Assembly: GCA_965660095.1 (NCBI GenBank) | Contig: CBFHYP010000011.1 | Location: forward strand, 1,070-65,069 | From: Candidatus Puniceispirillaceae bacterium | GTDB lineage: Bacteria > Pseudomonadota > Alphaproteobacteria > Puniceispirillales > Puniceispirillaceae | Direction of reading: 5' to 3' | DNA length: 64,000 nt | Shown here: piece by piece, positions 52,349 through 61,461 of the stretch | How positions within the stretch are numbered: the first letter of the stretch is position 1 | Layout of the letters: each line of letters opens with the position of its first letter | Program-made: the position numbers and the translations under genes | Notes under the pieces: generated by a model | Database searches by the model: none | The model's input: the letters and a program-made list of their open reading frames with translations, nothing else | Told to the model about the DNA's origin: nothing

Positions 52349-53374
52349 ATGTTTTCAGCGCGTCAATCCAGCGTATTTCTGTGCGTAATCGTCATGTCGG
52401 TATTGTCTGTGTCAGCGTCAATGGCTTCAACACTTGGCATTTATACCCATCGCCAGCCATTCCTACTTCAGCCTATTTTGGAAGCTTACACGGCTAAAAC
52501 AGGGGTTGAATTTAAGGTGGTGTATGCGCCGAAAGGTCTTGCGGAAAGGCTAAAGGCTGAGGGCGATAGAACTCAAGCGGATATCGTGCTAACGGTTGAT
52601 ATCAGCCGTATCAAGGAGCTTGCAGATACAAATTTACTCAGCGATTTAGGTTCTGATATCCTAGATGCGCAGGTTCCCCCTCATCTGCGTGATGCGAATG
52701 ATAAATGGACAGCCCTATCTTTGCGTGCGCGAATTATTGCTGTATCGAAGATGCGTGTAGGCAAGCAAGCTATCACCACCATTGAAGATTTAGCGCGCCC
52801 GAAATGGGCTGGCAAAGTGTGTTCTCGCAAAGGTAGCCATGTATATAACCGCGCCTTGCTTGCATCCCTAGTAGCGCATCATGGCGAAGAGGAAGCCCGC
52901 AATTGGGCATTGGGGTTTGTGAATAATATGGCGCGCCGTCCGCAAGGTAATGACAGAGCGCAGGCAAAAGCCATCTTTGCAGGGGAGTGTGATGTGGCTT
53001 TGATGAATACCTATTATTATGGCAAGATGAAGTTTAACACTGAAAAGCCTGAACAAAAGCAATGGGCAGACGCGATTGATATCGCCTTTTTCAATCAAGA
53101 AGGGCGCGGTCAGCATGTGAATATTTCAGCCGCAGGCATCACCAAGGGCTCATCACAAAAAGCAGATGCGCGCGCTTTCCTTGAATGGCTCACTTCGGTT
53201 GAGGCACAAACCCTCTACACCGAAATTAATTATGAATATCCGGTAAACCCAAATGCCGCTTTAAGTGAAGAGGTTGCATCTTGGGGGATGTTTAAGATGG
53301 ATGCATTATCCATGAATACCATCGCTGAGAACAGCCCAACCGCACAACGCATTATTCATCAAACAGGCTGGTAA
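52349..53374 (+). CDS. Fe(3+) ABC transporter substrate-binding protein (FbpA/AfuA type)
   Basis: 341 aa with a signal peptide and overall FbpA-like pattern (YTHRQP..., MNTYYYGKM). A Fur box lies upstream. Confidence 0.75.
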   Translation: MFSARQSSVFLCVIVMSVLSVSASMASTLGIYTHRQPFLLQPILEAYTAKTGVEFKVVYAPKGLAERLKAEGDRTQADIVLTVDISRIKELADTNLLSDLGSDILDAQVPPHLRDANDKWTALSLRARIIAVSKMRVGKQAITTIEDLARPKWAGKVCSRKGSHVYNRALLASLVAHHGEEEARNWALGFVNNMARRPQGNDRAQAKAIFAGECDVALMNTYYYGKMKFNTEKPEQKQWADAIDIAFFNQEGRGQHVNISAAGITKGSSQKADARAFLEWLTSVEAQTLYTEINYEYPVNPNAALSEEVASWGMFKMDALSMNTIAENSPTAQRIIHQTGW

Positions 53375-53429
53375 GCGTGTTGGCCAGTTGCTTATAGGGT
53401 TTGATAAATTAATGTTTGGTTTTCAGTAG

Positions 53430-54515
53430 GTGACTGGCGTGTTAAAGCTAAAAAAATCTTGGCTTTCTGTTCAGCAAGCTGTTTTGGTCTGCCTTAGCCT
53501 TTTCACATTTAGTGCATGTAGTGAGCGTATGGATTATTCGTCTTCTCCCCAATTTAATACCCAAAAAGGCCAGTTTGAGCATCCGTTAGGGGATCAGCAT
53601 GATAAAGGTTTTTTTGAACTTATTGGCCTTGCAAAACGCTATTTCTCACGGGAAAAAGATATAGCCGAAGAAACCGGTTTTCCCATTAGCACAACAGGGG
53701 CAGAAGCGCTTCGCACTTTCACTGAAAATCTGATCTGGGTTGGGCATTCTAGCGTGCTTATTAATCATGATAATCTAACCATTCTTACAGACCCGCATTT
53801 CAGCTTTCGGGCTTCACCTTTTAGCTTTATGGGGCCAAAACGTGTCACGCCTGCCCCGTTTCAGATTAAAGATTTGCCGCCTATTGATGTGGTTGTGATT
53901 AGCCATAATCACTATGACCATCTAGACAAGAACAGCATCAAAGAACTCGCACAGCGCCAGCCAAAAATTCAGTTTCTTGTTCCGCTAGGACTGAAAACGC
54001 TACTTGAGAAATGGGGCGCACAACAGGTTGTAGAATTAGATTGGTGGCAAGAGGTAGGTATTGGAAGCGCCACAATCCAACCAACCCCTGTTCAGCATTG
54101 GTCAAAACGTTCTGCTTTCGACCGCAATAAAACATTATGGTCAGGCTGGATGATGAATTGGGATGATTTCTCATTCTATTTTGCAGGGGATTCAGGTTAT
54201 TCAGAGGATTTCAAAAAAACAGCTGAACGGCTTGGCGCGCCCACCCTTGCAGCTATTCCCATCGGGGCGTATGAGCCGCGCGAATTTATGTCCTCAGCGC
54301 ATGTAAACCCTGATGAAGCGGCACTTATTTTTAACGATTTAGGCGCTTCTTACGCATTAGGAATACATTGGGGGACGTTTAAATTGACGCTTGAGCCCAT
54401 GGCAGAGCCGGTGCGTAAATTAGCGAACGCATTAGTGCGTGAAAATATTCCAGCAGATAGGTTTGTAACGCTAAAACATGGTGAGGCTTGGAAAGCGCCT
54501 TTTGATCGCCGTTAA
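53430..54515 (+). CDS. MBL-fold metallo-hydrolase lipoprotein (NAPE-PLD-like)
   Basis: Contains VISHNHYDHLD (an HxHxDH variant) and the lipobox-like FTFSAC. Confidence 0.75.
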   Translation: MTGVLKLKKSWLSVQQAVLVCLSLFTFSACSERMDYSSSPQFNTQKGQFEHPLGDQHDKGFFELIGLAKRYFSREKDIAEETGFPISTTGAEALRTFTENLIWVGHSSVLINHDNLTILTDPHFSFRASPFSFMGPKRVTPAPFQIKDLPPIDVVVISHNHYDHLDKNSIKELAQRQPKIQFLVPLGLKTLLEKWGAQQVVELDWWQEVGIGSATIQPTPVQHWSKRSAFDRNKTLWSGWMMNWDDFSFYFAGDSGYSEDFKKTAERLGAPTLAAIPIGAYEPREFMSSAHVNPDEAALIFNDLGASYALGIHWGTFKLTLEPMAEPVRKLANALVRENIPADRFVTLKHGEAWKAPFDRR

Positions 54516-54535
54516 TTTTCTGCATCATCAAAACA

Positions 54536-55150
54536 TCAATGGCCGTGAGATGCCATCCGCTCATGCACCGCAGCCATGCCGCGTGCTGACATATCGCTGA
54601 CCTCTGCTGCGTGGGTTTGAAGCAACGCGACAACCGCTGGATTTGCAGAGGTCTGGGTGACTGCAATCCCTAAATCGGTGGTCTCAATTTCTGTTTCAAT
54701 TTCAGTATACACCTCAAACAAAGCATCCAAGGTAGGGGATTGGATAATCACCTCAGGGTTTTTGCCTTCTTCTAATCGCGTAACCATCATAGAGACATGG
54801 GTGACAATCGCATCCCGCAAGGCGCCATCTTCTGCTTCGGTAACTGTTTTTATCCCGTTTGGTAAATTGACCACCTCTCTTTTAATTCCTGTGTGAAAGC
54901 GGAAAATAGTTTTGAGGTCTTCAACTTCTTGGGGTGTCGTATCCTTGCCCTGTAGCCCAGGCATATTCACCTCATCATGCTGGTGATGTGCGCCTTGGTG
55001 GCTGCCTTGTTTCGGCGGCTCGCCATGATGCATCCGATGCATAGCCTCATAAGTGCCAATGTGATTCTTATGCTGAAAAAAGAAAAAAGAAGCACCTGCG
55101 CCTAGGCTAAAAATCACAGCAGTGAAGAGAATAATTTTCAGAGTTTTCAT
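54536..55150 (-). CDS. secreted or membrane-anchored His-rich protein of unknown function
   Basis: An N-terminal hydrophobic segment is followed by 9 His within the 35-residue stretch QHKNH...HHQHDE, and the protein ends ...HERMASHGH. I recognise no family. Confidence 0.55.
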   Translation of the reverse strand: MKTLKIILFTAVIFSLGAGASFFFFQHKNHIGTYEAMHRMHHGEPPKQGSHQGAHHQHDEVNMPGLQGKDTTPQEVEDLKTIFRFHTGIKREVVNLPNGIKTVTEAEDGALRDAIVTHVSMMVTRLEEGKNPEVIIQSPTLDALFEVYTEIETEIETTDLGIAVTQTSANPAVVALLQTHAAEVSDMSARGMAAVHERMASHGH

Positions 55151-55333
55151 TATTGGGAATCACTTTAAGGTTTGAATTAACATTATCATAAACTCTCCTC
55201 TAACAGGAGGGTAAAGTGTTTATCACAATTTTTTTTGTGGCAGTTGTGCGATGAAATTCTGCTCACTAGCTGAACCAATTCACGATTAACACTGTATGAG
55301 AAGAAAGCGTTGGTGATTTAGGGAACCGGTATA

Positions 55334-55975
55334 TTGAAAGCGTTATTTTTGGGCTCGATTGGGGTCATTGCAGAAACATCTGAATTACAAAGACAAGCCT
55401 ATAACAGCGCTTTTGCTGAATATGGGCTTGATTGGTATTGGAGTGTTGGAAATTATTGTGAGATGCTGAAGCGGCCAGGCGGAAAGAAGCGTATTTCTGC
55501 TTTTTCAAATCTTGGGCTAGATGAAGATTTAATCCAAAATATTCACTTGCGGAAACAAGCTATCTATACTGAAATGCTTGATGGCGGCATCGCGCCGCGT
55601 GCAGGGCTTGTTGAGTGTATTGCCAAATGCCAAGAGCAGGGCGTAAAGCTTGGCCTGATTGCAACTACAACTCAGGCTAATATTAATGCGCTTTCGCATG
55701 CGATGAAAAAACATGTTGATTTCAAAGCATTTGATTTGATCACTATTAAGGATGATGTAAGTGCTGAAAAACCAAATGGTGAAGTATATCGCTATGCGTT
55801 AGAAAAATTAGGTGTTTCTGCACCCGATGTACTTGCTGTTGAAGATACAGAAGCCAATCAAACAGCTGCCATGCATGAACATATCATCTGCTATTTATTT
55901 GCAGGAGAATATGCAACAACAACGCATAATTTGAACGCGATAAATAATTTAGAAATCTTAACAGGGCAGTTATAG
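55334..55975 (+). CDS. HAD-fold protein with degenerate motif I
   Basis: Motif II (LIATTT), the motif III Lys (EKPNGE) and motif IV (VEDTEAN) are present. Motif I reads LFLGSIGVIAET instead of hhhDxDG. The start codon is TTG. Confidence 0.65.
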   Translation: MKALFLGSIGVIAETSELQRQAYNSAFAEYGLDWYWSVGNYCEMLKRPGGKKRISAFSNLGLDEDLIQNIHLRKQAIYTEMLDGGIAPRAGLVECIAKCQEQGVKLGLIATTTQANINALSHAMKKHVDFKAFDLITIKDDVSAEKPNGEVYRYALEKLGVSAPDVLAVEDTEANQTAAMHEHIICYLFAGEYATTTHNLNAINNLEILTGQL

Positions 55976-55993
55976 CCTGACCATAAAGTGAGC

Positions 55994-56980
55994 TTAAATG
56001 CCTGCAAGGATATCCTGACCTTGCATGTTTAGAAAATGAAGTAGATCAATAAAAATCCAATTTTCAGCTAGCTTATCACCGTCACGGCGGTAGATATCAA
56101 CAACCCGCATATCTGCGTAATCATTAAAAGCTGGCATCCCTAAATATCCGCCTGTTGGCTTGATGCTAAGATTTGGCCAGCCAAAAAAGCCGCCATAATT
56201 GCCCTCTGCCATCCTGCAAATATGGCCATTAAACCGCCGCCCCTCATTCTGTGTCCTAAAAGGGCGCTGATGTTGCTGGATATATCGCTCGATAGTGTAG
56301 GTCGCCCCAATGCCAGTTGGCCCCCACCACAGCATGTCTTCATGCCAGCATTGGCGAAGTTCTTCTTCAGGGGTCGCATACTGACCCTGGTTGATATCCC
56401 CTATCATTCGGTTAATGAGGGCAAGTGTTTCTTGTGATTTGGCTTGGTCTTGAGGTTCAAATAAAAGCCCATCATGGGTGCGCGGGCCAGGCTGAATAAG
56501 GTGCATAGCTGTCTGTGCTGTTATGGGGGTAATCCCCACCTGCGCCATTAAATGCAGCAGGTCTATGAATAAGGCTGTTTCAGTGATTTTGTTATTTTCA
56601 ACCTTATGAAATTCAGCATATCGGATCATCGCAATTTTATGATGCGGCGGGATACCCACAAATGGCTTGTCAAACAGACCCATAAAATGTCCCATTGATG
56701 CAACCCAAATAGCGTTAAAACCATCTATTTCATTGTGGCCTGCGAAAAAAATATCCTGTCTTCTTTGGATAGATGTGAAGGCTGTTTTGAAGGGTATGTA
56801 AAAATTTTTGATGACAGAATCAGTGCCATATTGTTCATGAAAAGGGTGCATGCCATACCAATGATAGGTATCTGACATGAATTTAGCAAAACATGAAGTT
56901 AGTGTGTCGATATCGGCATTTTCACTTGATTTCTGCCAATCTAGAACATGTTTTTTTGCGAATTCAAATGCATCTGCCAT
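55994..56980 (-). CDS. tandem SnoaL-like (NTF2-fold, 'ester cyclase') two-domain protein
   Basis: 328 aa. Each half carries the ...F.G.P.T.K/H...DF/Y.R..G.K..ENW...DLL....Q.G pattern. It is a paralogue of the 62001-63068 product. Confidence 0.7.
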   Translation of the reverse strand: MADAFEFAKKHVLDWQKSSENADIDTLTSCFAKFMSDTYHWYGMHPFHEQYGTDSVIKNFYIPFKTAFTSIQRRQDIFFAGHNEIDGFNAIWVASMGHFMGLFDKPFVGIPPHHKIAMIRYAEFHKVENNKITETALFIDLLHLMAQVGITPITAQTAMHLIQPGPRTHDGLLFEPQDQAKSQETLALINRMIGDINQGQYATPEEELRQCWHEDMLWWGPTGIGATYTIERYIQQHQRPFRTQNEGRRFNGHICRMAEGNYGGFFGWPNLSIKPTGGYLGMPAFNDYADMRVVDIYRRDGDKLAENWIFIDLLHFLNMQGQDILAGI

Positions 56981-57049
56981 GATGATTTCTTTCTGGATTT
57001 GGGCAATAGAAAATTAGACTTGTCAAACCTGTAATTATTCTTCTACCAT

Positions 57050-57069
57050 TTTTGCATAGGTATGCAAAA
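57050..57069. promoter_or_regulatory. 20-bp near-perfect palindrome, candidate LacI-family operator
   Basis: TTTTGCATA-GG-TATGCAAAA has 9-bp perfect arms. It lies in the 120-bp divergent intergenic region, just downstream of a TTGTCA (57020)...TACCAT (57044) promoter-like pair. Confidence 0.5.
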
Positions 57070-57100
57070 TTCGTTTTGTCATGTGGGAAAGCAGAACAAT

Positions 57101-58156
57101 ATGGCTTCAATTGAGTTAAAAAATGTCCATAAGCGATGGGGTAGTTTCATTGCTGTTGATGATTTTAATCTCACTATTTCAGATAATGAATTCCTCGTTC
57201 TGCTTGGGCCTTCTGGCTGTGGAAAAACAACCACTATGCGGATGATAGCTGGCTTGGAAGATGCAAGTTCAGGCGATATCCTTATAGATGGCAAGCGGGT
57301 GAATGAGCTTGAACCAAAAGACAGAGATGTTGCAATGGTATTTCAGTCTTATGGGCTGTATCCAAATATGAATGTCTATGAGAATATCCGCTTTCCGCTA
57401 AAGGTCAGGAAAATTGACCAAAGCAGCCATGATGCAAGGGTAAGACGTGCCTCGGCGATGGTTGAGCTAGACGAATTTTTGCACCGTAAACCTGCAGAAT
57501 TATCAGGCGGGCAGCGTCAAAGAGTTGCCCTTGCTAGAGCGATTGTGCGTGAGCCAAACGTATTTTTAATGGATGAGCCTTTATCCAACCTAGATGCTAA
57601 ATTGCGGGTTTCGACCCGTGCGCAAATAAAACATCTGCAACATGAGCTAAAGGTCACTACCATTTATGTAACCCATGACCAGATTGAGGCGATGACGCTT
57701 GCTGACCGTGTTGTGGTCATGAATAAAGGGGTTATTCAACAAATCGGCACTCCCACAGAAATTTATGACAAGCCTGCGAATTTATTTGTTGCTGGATTTA
57801 TCGGTAATCCTGCGATGAATTTGATTGAAGGTGAGATAAGGGCGGGCTGTTTTTCAGCTGAGCATATTTCAGTTAATGGCTTAAACCTGCCAGATGGCAA
57901 GGTTACGTTAGGCTTTCGGGCAGAAGATGCCGAGATTACGGACAAGCCGCGTAACGCACAAATTAAAGCGCCTACATATGCAATGGAACTGCTAGGGGAT
58001 GCAACGATGGTAACCGTAGTGGCGGGGCAATCACTTGTTGCGGTAAAGGCGCATAAGGAATTCCGCACAGAAATTGGGAGTGATGTCTATATTTCTGTTC
58101 CGGAAGCAAGCTGTCATCTGTTTGACAGCCAGACAGGTGAAAGAATGAGGGGCTAG
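57101..58156 (+). CDS. sugar-type (CUT1) ABC transporter ATP-binding protein
   Basis: Contains GPSGCGKTT, LSGGQRQRVALARA, FLMDEPLSNLD and a MalK-like C-terminal domain. The start is placed at MASIELKNV (57101); the track start at 57062 lies inside the palindrome. Confidence 0.88.
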   Translation: MASIELKNVHKRWGSFIAVDDFNLTISDNEFLVLLGPSGCGKTTTMRMIAGLEDASSGDILIDGKRVNELEPKDRDVAMVFQSYGLYPNMNVYENIRFPLKVRKIDQSSHDARVRRASAMVELDEFLHRKPAELSGGQRQRVALARAIVREPNVFLMDEPLSNLDAKLRVSTRAQIKHLQHELKVTTIYVTHDQIEAMTLADRVVVMNKGVIQQIGTPTEIYDKPANLFVAGFIGNPAMNLIEGEIRAGCFSAEHISVNGLNLPDGKVTLGFRAEDAEITDKPRNAQIKAPTYAMELLGDATMVTVVAGQSLVAVKAHKEFRTEIGSDVYISVPEASCHLFDSQTGERMRG

Positions 58157-58243
58157 TGCTCCTGCATGATCACATTTTACCCGATTTATCGGGGTAACAC
58201 CAGATGGCAGCGTAATCTGTCATCAACAATAAGGGAGAGACTA

Positions 58244-59470
58244 ATGTATTTAAGAAAAATAGCTTTAGCATCTGCTGTTGCCATTATGGCTAGCACTGCA
58301 GCACATGCGTGTAATATTTCAGCACGTGTTAGTGTCGTTGGAAATGAATTTCCAGCCATTCAAACTGTGGGCGCAGGCGCTCAAGCGTGTAGCGGTGCTG
58401 AAGTATCGACAAACCTTACAGCAGACCATCAAAAAATTAATGTTGCAGGGATGAGCGGAAATCCAGCTGAATATACGTCAGCGATTATTGCAAACTCATC
58501 TATTGTCGCCTTGATGAATAATGATGTTATCCGTCCGCTAGATGATTTAGTTGCAAAACATGGTAAGGATCTGAAAAAGAACCAGCTGATCACCATCAAT
58601 GGTAAAGTCATGGCTGTTGCCTTTATGGCAAATGCACAGCATCTGGTATATCGCGAAGATGTTTTGAAAAAGATTGGCATGGAGCCGCCTAAAACATATG
58701 AAGATATGCTGGCTGCTGCTGAAAAAATTCGCGCTGAAGGTATCATGCAAAACCCTGTGGGTGGAGCCTATAAAGCAGGCTGGAACCTTGCGCAAGAATT
58801 CAACAATATGTTCTTAGGATATGGTGGAAGCCACTTTAAGGATGGTTCTGCTCAGCCAAATGTGAATTCTGAAGCTGGTGTAAACGCGCTGAAAATGATG
58901 AAAGCTCTTTCAGCATATATGAACCCAGACTTCCTAACCCATGACAGTAATGCAACAAATGCAGAATTCCGCGCTGGTAATGTTGCGATTATGAATATGT
59001 GGGGCAGTAGAGCTGCAACCTTAGTAGATGTTGATGGTGTAAGTGCCGAGGTTAAAAATGGTATGAATATCGCTGGTCCGATGACTGTTGGCGGCGGAAA
59101 TACACCTGCATCAACCCTATGGTGGGATGGCTGGACTGTGGCTAAAAATGTGAGTGACGCAGAAGCAGAAGCGACCTTCATTGCGATGATGAACGGTATC
59201 GACCCGTCTATTTTGCAAGATGAAGAAATCCGGAAGCAAGCGGTGTGGCTGATTGATGGTTATACACCAACAGACGCAGCACGCGGGGTATTTGCGGCGG
59301 CACAGGCGAACACAATCCCTTATCCAATGTTGCCATATATGGGCTTATTGCATACGGCACTTGGTGCTGAGTTATCCGACTTTATGCAGGGCAAGGAATC
59401 TGCTGAACAGGCTCTTGCTGATGTAGAAGCAGCTTATATTGCAGCAGCTAAAGAAAAAGGCTTCCTATAA
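58244..59470 (+). CDS. extracellular solute-binding protein (family 1)
   Basis: ATG 58244 follows AAGGGAGAGA. The signal peptide is MYLRKIALASAVAIMASTAAHA. 408 aa. Confidence 0.8.
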   Translation: MYLRKIALASAVAIMASTAAHACNISARVSVVGNEFPAIQTVGAGAQACSGAEVSTNLTADHQKINVAGMSGNPAEYTSAIIANSSIVALMNNDVIRPLDDLVAKHGKDLKKNQLITINGKVMAVAFMANAQHLVYREDVLKKIGMEPPKTYEDMLAAAEKIRAEGIMQNPVGGAYKAGWNLAQEFNNMFLGYGGSHFKDGSAQPNVNSEAGVNALKMMKALSAYMNPDFLTHDSNATNAEFRAGNVAIMNMWGSRAATLVDVDGVSAEVKNGMNIAGPMTVGGGNTPASTLWWDGWTVAKNVSDAEAEATFIAMMNGIDPSILQDEEIRKQAVWLIDGYTPTDAARGVFAAAQANTIPYPMLPYMGLLHTALGAELSDFMQGKESAEQALADVEAAYIAAAKEKGFL

Positions 59471-59483
59471 GAAGCGCCACCTT

Positions 59484-59517
59484 TTTGGGAAGGGGGCTAT
59501 ATGTCTTCCTTCCCAAA
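59484..59517 (+). other. intra-operon hairpin after the SBP gene
   Basis: 10-bp stem TTTGGGAAGG / CCTTCCCAAA with a 14-nt loop. Confidence 0.5.
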
Positions 59518-59550
59518 TATTGCCCCAGACAATGTCATAGATAACCTATC

Positions 59551-60576
59551 ATGAAACACTCAACTTTTTTCTGGTTTTTTGCGCCAACTGGACTTGCGAT
59601 GCTCTTATTTATCGCTTTTCCGCTTGTGTCTGTTGTGTTGCAATCTGTGCATACACCGCATGAAGCTGTATTGGTTACGGTTGAGACATGCGGGCCATTT
59701 GGTTGCAGTCAAGAAACAGCGATTGATCAGGATGCGACAAGCGCCCTTCGTGCAGCTGAACCGCTAGGTCGTTTTGTGGGGCTGGATATCTATTTTGACA
59801 GAGCCCACTTAGCCGTTGGTGAAGTAAAGCAAGCGTGGGCGGCAGCTGATAGCTGGGGCGGATTTTTGGATGCGATAGGGAATTTGCCCTTTTATCGGGC
59901 GATGGCATTCACCCTAACCTTTACTTTCACAGTTACCCCTATTTTAATTATTTTTGGTCTGATGATTGCGCTTGGCGTGAATGCATTAAGCGAAAAAATT
60001 AAGGGGGTTGTTATTTTTGTCTCCTTATTGCCGATGATTGTCACCCCGCTTATCGGTTCACTTATTTTATTTTGGATGATCGATAGTCGTGGCATTCTTG
60101 GCAATGCTATTCAATGGCTGGCAGCAGATCCTGATTTATCTTTGAAAGCGTCTACAACCTTAACATGGGTAATGTTGATTGTGTATGGCGTTTGGCATTC
60201 TGCCCCCTTTGCCTTTGTGGTGTTTTATGCTGGTCTGCAGACCTTGCCAATGGACCAAATAGAATCTGCTCGGATTGACGGGGCGAGCAGATGGCAGCAA
60301 GTGCGCTATGTCATCGTACCGCATCTGATGCCGCTTATTACCTTTGTTGCGCTTATCCAATTAATGGATAATTTCAGAGTGTTTGAGCCTATTGTTGGGT
60401 TTAATGCCGAAGCGCATGCCACCTCATTAAGCTGGATTATCTTTAATGATTTAGGGGGGGAAACCCGTCAGCTTTCTGCAGCAGCAACTTCATCTATGCT
60501 GACGATTTTTGGGGTGGCGATATTGCTGTCACCTGTATTATGGCGCACTTGGCAAGATTTTAAGGGGAAATCGTGA
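59551..60576 (+). CDS. ABC transporter permease (MalF-like)
   Basis: EAA loop is IESARIDGASRWQQVRYVIVP, with six or more TM segments. Confidence 0.85.
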   Translation: MKHSTFFWFFAPTGLAMLLFIAFPLVSVVLQSVHTPHEAVLVTVETCGPFGCSQETAIDQDATSALRAAEPLGRFVGLDIYFDRAHLAVGEVKQAWAAADSWGGFLDAIGNLPFYRAMAFTLTFTFTVTPILIIFGLMIALGVNALSEKIKGVVIFVSLLPMIVTPLIGSLILFWMIDSRGILGNAIQWLAADPDLSLKASTTLTWVMLIVYGVWHSAPFAFVVFYAGLQTLPMDQIESARIDGASRWQQVRYVIVPHLMPLITFVALIQLMDNFRVFEPIVGFNAEAHATSLSWIIFNDLGGETRQLSAAATSSMLTIFGVAILLSPVLWRTWQDFKGKS

Positions 60577-61457
60577 TGAGTAGTGTTGCTAATCGTTATC
60601 CTCTTCACCTCAGAGCGTTGATTTACGGTTTTATCCTGTTATGGGTGCTCATGGCCGCATTTCCGTTTTTCTGGACGTTATGGGGCTCGTTCAAAGTAGA
60701 GCTTGATTTCTTTTCTATTGCCGACTGGACGAATGCGATTACAGGGCAAAATACTTTTGATACCTATGGCTCGTCCTTTACCGATACAGGCTATATAGGG
60801 GCGTGGATACAAGAAGAATTTTGGCGTTCAGCCATCAATACAGCGATTGTATGTTTCTTTGTGGTCTGTACATCGCTGACCATTGGAACGTTGGGCGGAT
60901 ATGCGCTTTCTCGGTCTGGATACCGCTATACATTCTGGTTATTAATCACCGCCCTTATTTTTAGAGCAATGCCGCCTATCACGCTTGTTTCTGGCTATTT
61001 ATTGCCCTTTTTCGAGTGGAATTTATGGGGCATATTACCCACAACGATTATCGTACTGGTGGCGATTAATCAGCCCTTTACCTTGTGGATGCTGCATTCA
61101 TTTTTCCAAAGTATCCCAAAAGAATTAGATGAAAGTGCAAAGGTAGATGGTTGTAGCCAGTTCCAAGCTTTCAGATTTGTTATCATCCCTGTGATGTGGC
61201 CTGGCGTTATCACAACAGGGCTATTCTCGTTTCTGCTTGCCTATAATGATTTCGCAGTTACCTCCATGCTGCTTTCAGACGAAAACAGAACCATGGTGCC
61301 GAAAATTGCAGCCTTTTTAGGCACTACCTATACGGAGGGCAATGTGATGTTTGCGGTCGCTGCTGTGGTGTCAGCAACCGCGCCTCTGTTTATTTTGGTG
61401 ATGTTTTTCCAGCGCCGAATTGTGTCTGGGCTAACCGCAGGTGCTGTGAAGGGATAA
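60576..61457 (+). CDS. ABC transporter permease (MalG-like)
   Basis: EAA loop is DESAKVDGCSQFQAFRFVIIP. The ATGA start overlaps the stop of the upstream permease. Confidence 0.85.
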   Translation: MSSVANRYPLHLRALIYGFILLWVLMAAFPFFWTLWGSFKVELDFFSIADWTNAITGQNTFDTYGSSFTDTGYIGAWIQEEFWRSAINTAIVCFFVVCTSLTIGTLGGYALSRSGYRYTFWLLITALIFRAMPPITLVSGYLLPFFEWNLWGILPTTIIVLVAINQPFTLWMLHSFFQSIPKELDESAKVDGCSQFQAFRFVIIPVMWPGVITTGLFSFLLAYNDFAVTSMLLSDENRTMVPKIAAFLGTTYTEGNVMFAVAAVVSATAPLFILVMFFQRRIVSGLTAGAVKG

Positions 61458-61461
61458 TGTA

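Noticed and set aside
57062-57100. Track start codon at 57062 for the ABC ATPase
   Set aside because: This ATG lies inside the 20-bp palindrome and adds 13 non-conserved residues. MASIELKNV at 57101 is the canonical MalK-type N-terminus.
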